Shown here one piece after another: positions 31,254 through 39,913 of a DNA stretch of 64,000 nt. Location of the stretch: assembly GCA_963723515.1 (NCBI GenBank), contig CAVRQT010000003.1, forward strand, positions 160,001 through 224,000, written 5' to 3'. The first letter of the stretch is position 1. Each line of letters begins with the position of its first letter. Under the pieces are notes generated by a model. It was not told the origin of the DNA and did no database searches. It saw nothing but the letters and a program-made list of their open reading frames with translations. Position numbers and translations under genes: made by a program. The DNA is from Vulcanimicrobiota bacterium (GTDB taxonomy: Bacteria; Vulcanimicrobiota; Vulcanimicrobiia; Vulcanimicrobiales; Vulcanimicrobiaceae).

Positions 31254-32552
31254 TTAGGTCGCGGCGGTCGTGGGACTCTTGCGGTGATGATGCGCGGTGA
31301 AGCGCGGCAAGCGCTTTGCAAGCCGTGGCGGCATGATCGCGTCGATGGCGTCGTCAACCGTCACGATGCCCATCATCTTGCCACGTTCGTCGACCACGGG
31401 ACAGGCCAGAAGATCGTACCGCGCGATCGTTGCCGCAACGTCTTCGGCAGGCGTATCGGGATCGACCGTTACGAGATCGCTCGACATGATCTGTTCGATC
31501 GGTGCGTCAGGCGATGCGAGCAGCAGCGCGCGCAGCGTCAGCGTTCCCAGCAGCGTCCCATCGGAATCCGTTACGTAGAGGTAGTAGATGAATTCTGTTT
31601 GCGGCGCGATCTGTCGCAATTTCTCGATCGTTGCTTCTGCGGTGCGATGCGGCAAAATCCAAACGTAGTCGGTCGTCATTAGGCCGCCGGCCGTGTGTTC
31701 TTGGTACTTGACGAGGTCGCGCAGCTCGCCGGCCGTGAATTCATTCATCTCCGCGAGCAGCTCGGATTGCTGCTCTTGCGGCAATTCGGCTAAGAGGTCC
31801 GCGGCGTCGTCGCTGTCCATCTCCTCGATGATATCGGCGGCGCGCTCGGTGCCGATGTCTTCGATAATCGATTTTTGCCGGTCGGCATCGAGATGTTCGA
31901 GCGCATCGGCAGCGGTTTCGTCATCGAGTTGGTGAATGACGCTCGCGGCTTCGCGCGTCGAGAGATCGCTGATGATCTCTGCCAACTCCGAAGGATGCAG
32001 CCGCCCGAGTTTGCTGGCCTTTACCGAAAGATGGACTTGCGGCGGATTCGTGTCGCGAATCGGCGCGACGCTATCCCACGCGATCAAGGAACGCGGAATT
32101 CTCCGGTAGAGTGCGGGCACGAGATGGCCTGCCGAGCGTAACCCGAGCCGCCGCAGAAGGCCGCCGATTCCGATATCCGCAGCGATGACGCGCAACGCAC
32201 CGCCGGTGTTGGCAACTTCAAGATCGTTAATGCGCACGACCTTGCGTCCGTCGACATCAACGATCTGTTTGTCGAGCAAATCGGAAACGAGGTAGAGCGC
32301 TTGGGAGTCCGGCGGCGCGGGCTCTTTGGGTGCGGTGTTTAAGGCAACGGTTCCGCGGTCATCGATGTCGACGACGCTTTCGATGGGCGCAACACGCTGA
32401 CCGCGCTGCGTGCCGATCGCAAGACCGTCGATCTTCGGGAACGTATCGTCCGGTGAGCCGACGAGCAGATCCGTGACCTTGCCGATCGGCAGGCCATTGA
32501 CGAGCGCCTTGCGCCCGACGATTTCCGAAACGAACCCATCGTGAAACGGCAT
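31254..32552 (-). CDS. Soluble MgtE-like protein (PRC-like region, MgtE N-domain, CBS pair; no transmembrane domain)
   Basis: DKQIVDVDGRKVVRINDL, LHPSELAEII, EMDSDDAADLL, TAGGLMTTDY, GIVTVDD. Confidence 0.85.
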   Translation of the reverse strand: MPFHDGFVSEIVGRKALVNGLPIGKVTDLLVGSPDDTFPKIDGLAIGTQRGQRVAPIESVVDIDDRGTVALNTAPKEPAPPDSQALYLVSDLLDKQIVDVDGRKVVRINDLEVANTGGALRVIAADIGIGGLLRRLGLRSAGHLVPALYRRIPRSLIAWDSVAPIRDTNPPQVHLSVKASKLGRLHPSELAEIISDLSTREAASVIHQLDDETAADALEHLDADRQKSIIEDIGTERAADIIEEMDSDDAADLLAELPQEQQSELLAEMNEFTAGELRDLVKYQEHTAGGLMTTDYVWILPHRTAEATIEKLRQIAPQTEFIYYLYVTDSDGTLLGTLTLRALLLASPDAPIEQIMSSDLVTVDPDTPAEDVAATIARYDLLACPVVDERGKMMGIVTVDDAIDAIMPPRLAKRLPRFTAHHHRKSPTTAAT

Positions 32553-32609
32553 CGTTTCCAATGTTCCTCGCCAAAGGGAGATTCCGCCTGCACTTGGTAC
32601 CCCGCGCGC

Positions 32610-33299
32610 ATGCAAACATTTACTCGTAATCACTTCTTGTCTGCGATGACCGGCGCAGCGACCGTCGTGGGCATGCCGACCCTGCGCGTGGAAGCGGCAG
32701 CGATGGTTTCAGCGCGCCTCAATCCGAACGCGGCACTCGAACAATTGGTTGCGGGAAATCGGCGTTACGTCGCCGGTCGACCGATCCACACGGAACATAC
32801 TGCACGTCGCGAGGAAAATGCCGGGAAACAGCATCCGTTCGCGATCGTGCTCAGTTGTTCGGACTCACGCGTTCCGCCCGAAATCGTCTTCGATCAGGGT
32901 ATCGGCGATCTATTCGTCGTGCGCGTCGCCGGCAACGTCGCAACCGATGTCGGCATCGGCTCGATCGAATACGCGGTTTCGCATTTTGCTTCGGCGTTGT
33001 TGGTCGTACTCGGTCATACGAACTGCGGCGCCGTCCATGCGACGGTCGATGCGCTTGAAAGCGGCAGTTCCGCTCCCGGCCACATCAAGGCGATCGTCGA
33101 TCAGATCGTGCCCGCGGCAGTCGCCACTCGCCACGAATCCGGCGACAAATACCTTAACGCGACGAAGGCGAACGCGCGCGGGGTCGCGTCGAAATTGCAC
33201 GCCACCCAGCCGATCATCGCGCCGCAGGTGCAGAAAAAACAACTCGAAGTTGCATCCGCGCTCTACTCACTCGAAACGGGACTTGTTAGCCTTCTGTAG
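32610..33299 (+). CDS. Beta-class carbonic anhydrase, probably exported
   Basis: CSDSRV, RVAGN, LGHTNCGA; Tat-like leader TRNHFL. Confidence 0.92.
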   Translation: MQTFTRNHFLSAMTGAATVVGMPTLRVEAAAMVSARLNPNAALEQLVAGNRRYVAGRPIHTEHTARREENAGKQHPFAIVLSCSDSRVPPEIVFDQGIGDLFVVRVAGNVATDVGIGSIEYAVSHFASALLVVLGHTNCGAVHATVDALESGSSAPGHIKAIVDQIVPAAVATRHESGDKYLNATKANARGVASKLHATQPIIAPQVQKKQLEVASALYSLETGLVSLL

Positions 33300-33600
33300 C
33301 CGGCGGTTCGTCGATCGTGTACAGCCACCACCGCGGCGTGTTGCGCCTGGCCTGGCGTTCGAAGTAGATCGTCGCATGGCGGCCATCTTCAAGTTCAACC
33401 TCGAACCAATGGCGCGCGAGATAGACGTCACCGCGATCGGTCTTCGTCGAACGCCAGCTGCGAGAGAGCGAACCGATCGTTAACCGCTGGTCATTCCACT
33501 GAAAAGCAGTCGGCAACGCGGGCTCACCGTGGCTCATCGTCGCAGGATCGAAAGATGCACCGAGCGCCTGCAGCGGCTCGCTGACAAAGTGACGCCGCAT
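33286..33600 (-). CDS. Small hypothetical protein (DUF6504-like)
   Basis: GEPALPTAFQW...RHWFEVELEDG...YFERQ...WWLYTI. Confidence 0.65.
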   Translation of the reverse strand: MRRHFVSEPLQALGASFDPATMSHGEPALPTAFQWNDQRLTIGSLSRSWRSTKTDRGDVYLARHWFEVELEDGRHATIYFERQARRNTPRWWLYTIDEPPATEG

Positions 33601-33616
33601 CTTAGGGAGCGGTTCC

Positions 33617-34388
33617 ATGTCTGAGCCGCTGGAGGTCGCGATCGAAGCGGCGCGCGAAGCGGGCGCGCTGCTCATGGGTTACCTGCATCGCCCGCTGCAC
33701 AGCACGCAAAAAGGGCGCCGTGCCGATCTCGTCACGGACGCAGATCGCGCCTCCGAGCGCTTGATCGTCGACCGGCTGCGAAAGGAATTCCCGAAGAGCA
33801 CGATCGTCGGTGAAGAAGGCGGCACGCGAGCCGGCGACGCCGCAGAACGGTGGTACGTCGATCCTCTCGACGGTACGACGAATTTCACGCATGCGTATCC
33901 ATTGTTCTGCGTTTCAATCGCGTACGAGCGGATGAACGAGCTCTGCGCGGGCGTGATCTATGCCCCATTCTACGATGAACTCTTCGTTGCGCAGCAAGGC
34001 GCGGGAGCGACGCTCAACGGCAAGCCTTTGCAGGTTTCGGCAGTGCAACGGTTGAGCGATGCGCTCGTGTGCACCGGATTCCATCCCGCAGACTTCGCCC
34101 GCAACGGTGAATACTTTCGCGTCATGTCGGGCGAGGCGCAAGCGGTGCGGCGCGACGGGTCGGCGGCGCTCGATTTGGCCGCAGTGGCCGCCGGACGTTT
34201 CGACGGCTTCTGGGAATTCGATTTGAGTGCTTGGGACGTCGCCGCCGGAACGTTGATGGTGCGCGAATCCGGAGGCATCGTTTCCCAGATCAACGCCGAG
34301 GCGTTTCGAGTCGACGGTCGCGCAATTCTTGCGAGCAACTGCGCGCATTCACGACGAGATGGTGGACGTCCTCAAGACGCCTTTGTAA
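33617..34388 (+). CDS. suhB: Inositol monophosphatase family protein (frameshift near 34340; probable true end RIHDEMVDVLKTPL*)
   Basis: DLVTDAD, GEE, WYVDPLDGTTNF, GSAALDL, WDVAAG. Confidence 0.9.
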
Positions 34389-35704
34389 TTCGTCCAGTCA
34401 TCCCTTCGCAGCCGTGTGAACGTCAAGAGCGATCTCGCCAGCCATGCGATGATCCAGGCGATGGGTACGGCATAGAGGCCGATGCGAAACACGTGAATTC
34501 CAAGCCAGGCGATCGGCAGGACGAAGACGCCGGTTACAATGCCTGCAAACATTGAGAATCGCGTGTCGCCGGCGGCCCGCAACGGCGCCAGAGCGGTCAT
34601 CGCATAGCCTTTGAGCGGCAGCGTGATCATGTGCAAAGCGAGCGGACCGGTAGCCAGCGATGCGACGGCGGCATTCAAAGTGAAGATGAATGCGAGAGGC
34701 CACGCTAGCGCTGCAACAATTGCACCGGTTGCGCACGTGATGAGGATTGCAAACCGCATCGCGCCGGCAAGAAACTCTCGTGCGCCTGCGCTGTCGCCTG
34801 CGCCCAAGCGCTGCCCGATCACGGTTTGGGTCGCTTCTTGTATTGGAATCGGTGCCATAAACGTGAAGTCGGAGACGACATTGAGGGCACGAAAGGCGGC
34901 AATCGTCGGCGTGCCGAGCGGCGCAAGCATCGCGATGATGAAGTTGTCAGGTGCAAGGACGGCGATCAAGAAAGCAACTTCCGGTAACGAAAGTCGCGCA
35001 GTCTGCACGGCGAGAGCCCAATCGATCGAGAGACTGCTGAAGATGCGATACTTTGGATTGCGGATAGCGTAGGTAACGAGGTAAACGGCGCCTGCGACTT
35101 CTGAGAGCAGCGAAGAGATGCCCGCGCCGGCGATTCCAAAGGGATGGTGCGTCAGCCACCCGAGCGTCAGAATGAAGACCAGCGGCACGTGAATCGCATT
35201 GATCAAGATCAGCGCGACGACTTGCGGCCGGCGATTTCCCGCCGCGCCAAGCGCGCTGATGATGCTGAGCGAGATCGCGATTGCAACCAGAGAGATACAC
35301 CGGAAGACCAAATATTGGGCGCTCGCGTTCAGCGAGGCAATCGGCCCCACCATCATCGTCAGCAGAGGTTTGGCAAGCACGAAGGAGAGGGCGATGAAAA
35401 CGAGCGCGAGGCCGAGCGGCGCGATTGCTCCGGCTCTTGCCGCCTTGCCGGCTCCGTCAATGTCGCCTGCTCCGACGTGCTGCGCGGCGACGATTGAAAT
35501 TCCGCTGGCAAAACCGAAGAGCGCGAGTACGAGCGTTATGAAGAGTGCAAAGGCGCCGGTCGCGCCGGCGAGCGCCACGACGCCCAACGCGCCGATCGTG
35601 ATCGTGTCGACGACGCTGAGCAGCTGATCGCCTGCCATCGAAAGAGCGATGGGAATCGAAAGGCGCCCGAAGGCGCCTTTGATATTACGGTGATCGACGA
35701 TCAT
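34349..35704 (-). CDS. MATE family efflux transporter
   Basis: Highly hydrophobic; VDTITIGALG, GIAGAGISS, GQRLGAG, LRAAGDT. Confidence 0.88.
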   Translation of the reverse strand: MIVDHRNIKGAFGRLSIPIALSMAGDQLLSVVDTITIGALGVVALAGATGAFALFITLVLALFGFASGISIVAAQHVGAGDIDGAGKAARAGAIAPLGLALVFIALSFVLAKPLLTMMVGPIASLNASAQYLVFRCISLVAIAISLSIISALGAAGNRRPQVVALILINAIHVPLVFILTLGWLTHHPFGIAGAGISSLLSEVAGAVYLVTYAIRNPKYRIFSSLSIDWALAVQTARLSLPEVAFLIAVLAPDNFIIAMLAPLGTPTIAAFRALNVVSDFTFMAPIPIQEATQTVIGQRLGAGDSAGAREFLAGAMRFAILITCATGAIVAALAWPLAFIFTLNAAVASLATGPLALHMITLPLKGYAMTALAPLRAAGDTRFSMFAGIVTGVFVLPIAWLGIHVFRIGLYAVPIAWIIAWLARSLLTFTRLRRDDWTNYKGVLRTSTISS

Positions 35705-35725
35705 CGCGCTAACGCAAGACGATCG

Positions 35726-36880
35726 CTAATCTTCTCGGATGCGATCGAGCGTCTCGAAGAAGTTCTCGACATCATCATCATTCGTGTAAAAATGCGGACC
35801 GACTCGAATTCCGCAGCCGGGCCGAAAGTCAACAAAGACTCGCCCTTCGATCAATCGGCGATACGCCGCTTCGACGCCGTCGAAATCGACTCCGATCCAG
35901 CCGGTTCGGCGCTGCGGATCAAGTGGCGTGTTGACGCTCAATCCGCGCTCTAGAGCCTTCTGCGCAATCCGGTTCGTCAGGCGAACGTTATGCTCGCGAA
36001 TCTTCTGCACGCCAACTTCTTTGATCGTGTCGTGTCCCGGTTTTGCGACGACGTAACCGGGAATCGTCGGCGTTCCCGTGCCGAAGCGATACATCGAATC
36101 CGCGTACTCCATCGGTGCGGGTTCGAACGCGAACGGCTGCCGATGCGCCATCCATCCCGTAACGGCCGGCTCAAAACGCGAACGGAGGGCGGGCTTCACG
36201 TAGATCCAACCGCATCCCGCGCCACCGCAGAGCCACTTATGGCTGCCGCCGGTAACGATATCGAGATCCCACTCCACCACATCATACGGATAGACGCCGG
36301 TCGTCTGGTACGCGTCGACCATCAGCAGCGTTCCGGTCTTGCGGCAATGCTGTTGGATCGTGCGCACATCGCAGAGCGCACCGGAAACATAGTAGGCGTG
36401 CGAGAGAACCGCGATCAGGGTGCGTTCGCTGATCGCCTCGATGATGCGTTGCGTATCGATTGTCCGGCCATCATCCGAGGGGACGATGCGAATTTGCGCG
36501 CCATAGCGTGCGAACTCAGTCCAGACATAGGTGAGAGATGGAAATTGCAGCGCTTCATAGACGACTTCGTTGCGGGGCGCCTGAAAATGGAGCGACGTCG
36601 CGAGGGCAGATTGCAATACCGAAACGTTTGGCCCGAGAAAAATCGAGCCGGCGGGCGCGCCGATCAGCTCGCCGAAGTTGTCCGCGATCCGCCCGATTTC
36701 CGGAAGCCAACGCTCCCAGGCTTCGGGCCCGTCGCGCTCCCAGTCGTGCCAGTATGCATCGAGTGCATCCTTGGCTGCCAAAGGTGCAGCGCCCATCGAG
36801 TGGCTGACTAAATACGTGCTGCGCGCGAGCGTCGGAAAACGTTCGCGAAAGCGCGCCGCCGTGATGGGCGCTTCAATCAT
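35726..36880 (-). CDS. kynU: Kynureninase-like PLP enzyme (aminotransferase class V fold)
   Basis: YLVSHSMG, FPSLTY, DAYQ, GGSHKWLCGG, GWMAH; lies near TDO. Confidence 0.8.
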   Translation of the reverse strand: MIEAPITAARFRERFPTLARSTYLVSHSMGAAPLAAKDALDAYWHDWERDGPEAWERWLPEIGRIADNFGELIGAPAGSIFLGPNVSVLQSALATSLHFQAPRNEVVYEALQFPSLTYVWTEFARYGAQIRIVPSDDGRTIDTQRIIEAISERTLIAVLSHAYYVSGALCDVRTIQQHCRKTGTLLMVDAYQTTGVYPYDVVEWDLDIVTGGSHKWLCGGAGCGWIYVKPALRSRFEPAVTGWMAHRQPFAFEPAPMEYADSMYRFGTGTPTIPGYVVAKPGHDTIKEVGVQKIREHNVRLTNRIAQKALERGLSVNTPLDPQRRTGWIGVDFDGVEAAYRRLIEGRVFVDFRPGCGIRVGPHFYTNDDDVENFFETLDRIRED

Positions 36881-36886
36881 GCTATC

Positions 36887-37350
36887 CTAGCGCTTCACGT
36901 GCGCTAAGGTGATCATCGTCTTGCCGCCGGTTGCGTTGATCGTCACCGACTGCTGATCTTTCCCAAGTTCGCCGATCGTGAAGACGGCCGTCTCACCCAT
37001 TGCGGTCGTTGCATGGGTCTTCTCGGAGCCGGACGGAAGTTTCGATTGATACCATTTGTAGACTGTACCGAATGAATCGGATGTCGAGAGGACGGTACCG
37101 GCAGCGGAGCGCCGCCCATGCTCATTCCGGAGGCGCCCGAAGCCATCTTCGTCGCGCCGGGGTATTCCGGCAGTTGCGTCATCGTTCCCGACGCCGTTGT
37201 TCCTTTGTTGGTGACCGGTGCAGTCGATGCGGCCGCGGCCGGCGCCTCGGTTGCGGTGGTATTGGTTTGCTGTGCGCTGTTGCTCTTGCCCGAGCAGCCC
37301 GCCATGGCGAGCGCGCAGACAACAGCAAGACAGAGTCCAGATAAACGCAT
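36887..37350 (-). CDS. Hypothetical lipoprotein (frameshift near 37100)
   Basis: MRLSGLCLAVVCALAMAGC lipobox; LPEYPGA; VYKWY; GAGGAG RBS. Confidence 0.65.
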
Positions 37351-37443
37351 TCGTTATCTCCTCAAGTAAAGGTGAAGGGGTAGGACGCTCGCAATTTGCC
37401 GCTTGCTGGCAAGGGCCTGCCGCCTGCCCGAAGGGCAACTCAT

Positions 37444-38217
37444 CTACCCGTAGGCTCCCTTGCCGAGGTACGTTCGCACTTCCCAGAGCTCGGGAAAGAA
37501 TTTGCGGCCCAGCGTCGTCGCAAGGTACGCGACGCCAAGCGAACCGCCGGTTCCCATCTTACTGCCGATCATGCGCTCGACCATGAGAATATGGCGGCTG
37601 CGCCACAGCAAGAATCGTTCGTCGAACTCGATCAAGTTTTCCATGAGCAAATAGAGGTCGTAGTGCTTATCGGATTCTTCGTAAATCTTTCGCAACGATG
37701 CAATGCGTTCGTCGTGCGTGTCGACCCGGAAGCCGCGTCGCTTGAGCAATCCGTAGACGGCATCGGGTAGCGTCGTCTCGTTGAGGCGGCGTTCGAGGCG
37801 CGCCTTATCCTGCGGAGTGGCTTCCAGGTGTTTGAGCGCATCGGTGCCCTTTAGGCCGCCTAAGAACTCGATTTCGCGAAACTGCAGCGATTGGAAGCCG
37901 CTTGCGGGCCGCAAATTGTCGCGGAAGGCGTTGAACTCTTGCGGCGTCATCGTCTCCAAGATGTCGACCTGCGCCTCGAGCAGACGCTGAATCGCATGAA
38001 TGCGCCCGAACTCTTTGGCGGTCTTGAGCAAGTGATCGTCGCGCAGCGATTTGAGAACCGCCTCCAGCTCGTGCAACAGCTGCTTGAACCACAATTCGTA
38101 GACTTGATGGATGATGATGAAGAGCATTTCATCGTGGTGTTCGGGCGCGCTCAATGGCCGCTGAAGCGCAAGGAGCTCCGGAACGCGAAGATACGAGCCG
38201 TAGGTCAGACGCTCCAT
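37444..38217 (-). CDS. kynA: Tryptophan 2,3-dioxygenase
   Basis: YGSYL, HDEMLFIIIHQVYELWFK, ASGFQS, VERMIGSKMGTGGS. Confidence 0.95.
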   Translation of the reverse strand: MERLTYGSYLRVPELLALQRPLSAPEHHDEMLFIIIHQVYELWFKQLLHELEAVLKSLRDDHLLKTAKEFGRIHAIQRLLEAQVDILETMTPQEFNAFRDNLRPASGFQSLQFREIEFLGGLKGTDALKHLEATPQDKARLERRLNETTLPDAVYGLLKRRGFRVDTHDERIASLRKIYEESDKHYDLYLLMENLIEFDERFLLWRSRHILMVERMIGSKMGTGGSLGVAYLATTLGRKFFPELWEVRTYLGKGAYG

Positions 38218-38256
38218 CAAGTAGGATTTCACGCTCTTGGCATGGATTTCCGTCGC

Positions 38257-38934
38257 ATGAAAAGATCGCTCTTCGGCGTCCTCATCTTCTTGGTTCTGGC
38301 AGGTTGCACCGGCGGCAACCGCGCGGCACAAGCGCCCGCGCCGTCACCTGCCAACCTTTCGAACCCTACCGGCTTTCCGCTCTACTCCGGAAGCAAAGTT
38401 CTCGTCGCGAAAAGCTTCAAGCAAACCGTCAATGCGAACAACTCATCGAATGGTGTTCTCGCGCAAGGCAATGGAACGTATAACGGCAATGAAGTGATCG
38501 CCAGCGCCCCGGCGGCTTTTCCCGCGTTACAAAGCTGGCTGCATAATGCGTATGCCAAGCCGCCGGCCGGGTTTCGGCAAGCGACTGAAAAGAATTTGAA
38601 CAGCAGCAGTGATACGGCGCGCACCATCGGCATCGACGGCCGCGGCTTTCAGTCGACGAAGAACGGCAAGGCCTCGACGCTGCTCGTCGTCGTCATGGAC
38701 CCCTCGAGGTTTAATGCACGGCTTGGGCCAGCGCTCGCGCTCGTTCGCCGGTTCCGTGATATGCCGCAATTCATGCGTGCGCCGCTCGACGAGCGAGCCA
38801 AGCAGCAGACGGGTTTTTCCATTTCGGAAATGCTGCAGCCCGATAGTCCCGTTGGCCTAGCGCTGGATGCGATGAACGAATTTTCGCATAATAATCAGCG
38901 CGCGATCCTGATGATCGACGCTCAAAAAGAGTAG
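38257..38934 (+). CDS. Hypothetical lipoprotein
   Basis: MKRSLFGVLIFLVLAGC lipobox. Confidence 0.7.
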   Translation: MKRSLFGVLIFLVLAGCTGGNRAAQAPAPSPANLSNPTGFPLYSGSKVLVAKSFKQTVNANNSSNGVLAQGNGTYNGNEVIASAPAAFPALQSWLHNAYAKPPAGFRQATEKNLNSSSDTARTIGIDGRGFQSTKNGKASTLLVVVMDPSRFNARLGPALALVRRFRDMPQFMRAPLDERAKQQTGFSISEMLQPDSPVGLALDAMNEFSHNNQRAILMIDAQKE

Positions 38935-39395
38935 CGCCCTCGTTCGAAGCGCACGAGCCGTGCGCGAATCGAGCGTGCATCGGCGCCTTTGATCCGTCCA
39001 TCGGATCCGAGAACGCGATGCGCCGGAATCAGCAGATCGATCGGCGTCTTAGCCATGGCCATCGCGACGCCGCGGTGCGCATTAGGGCGGTTGATCGCGC
39101 GTGCGACATCGGCATAAGAGACGAAATGGCCGAATGCGAGCTGTGCGATCGCATCCCACGCATCGCGCTGGAGCGGCGTTCCGGCGTAGCGCAAAGGTAA
39201 GTCGAAGCGCCGCAGTTTGCGGCTGAAGTAGGCGTTGATCTGTGCGGCGGCTTCGCGCAGAAGCGGATCGCGAATGGCGCCCGTTACCCGCTTCGTGCGC
39301 CGAAACGCTCCGTCGACGATCGCACTACCCGATGTTTCGATGTAGTAGGCAAAGCCAAGCGGCGTCTGGATCGATGCAGAAGCGATCGCGCTCAC
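38922..39395 (-). CDS. Ogt/MGMT-family protein lacking the acceptor Cys (alkyltransferase-like, ATL)
   Basis: FDLPLRYAGTPLQ, SYADVARAI, IPAHRV in place of PCHRV. Confidence 0.85.
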   Translation of the reverse strand: MSAIASASIQTPLGFAYYIETSGSAIVDGAFRRTKRVTGAIRDPLLREAAAQINAYFSRKLRRFDLPLRYAGTPLQRDAWDAIAQLAFGHFVSYADVARAINRPNAHRGVAMAMAKTPIDLLIPAHRVLGSDGRIKGADARSIRARLVRFERGRYSF

Positions 39396-39396
39396 G

Positions 39397-39831
39397 CTAA
39401 GACGCTTTGCGGTACAGCGCGTCCGGCTCTCGCTCCTCATTCTCGCTGCCGGCTGTTTTCTTTACGAGCGTAAAGCCGTGCTTTTCGTAGAAACGAATCG
39501 CGGCGATGTTTTTTTGAAAGACCCACAAGTTCAGCGTGCTGTTCTCCTTGATCGCGACGGCGAGGAGCGCCGTCCCGGTCCCCTTTCGTTGCTGGAGCGG
39601 ATCAACGTAGAGATGGTCGATCCACTGGGGGCGAAAGGCGCAGAATCCAATGATTTCAGTGCGTTCCGCAACCCATACGGAGCATCGCTGAAAGACGACG
39701 TCTCGGAAGTGTGCGATGTCTTCGGCAGGGGTATGCAGCTCCGGCAGGTACGGCATGGACGCCATGCGAGTACGCTCGAACAACCCGACGACTTCGGCGA
39801 GATCTTCCAAGCACGCGCGTCGCAGAAGCAT
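39397..39831 (-). CDS. GNAT family N-acetyltransferase
   Basis: IDHLYVDPLQQRKGTGTALL, NIAAIRFYEKHGF. Confidence 0.88.
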   Translation of the reverse strand: MLLRRACLEDLAEVVGLFERTRMASMPYLPELHTPAEDIAHFRDVVFQRCSVWVAERTEIIGFCAFRPQWIDHLYVDPLQQRKGTGTALLAVAIKENSTLNLWVFQKNIAAIRFYEKHGFTLVKKTAGSENEEREPDALYRKAS

Positions 39832-39913
39832 AGTGTCGCCCGTCAAATCGCCGCCTGGGCCCCCTCGTCTAATGCTTCGTATAGTAAGTTCGCAGGGTCC
39901 TCGCAAAGACTGA

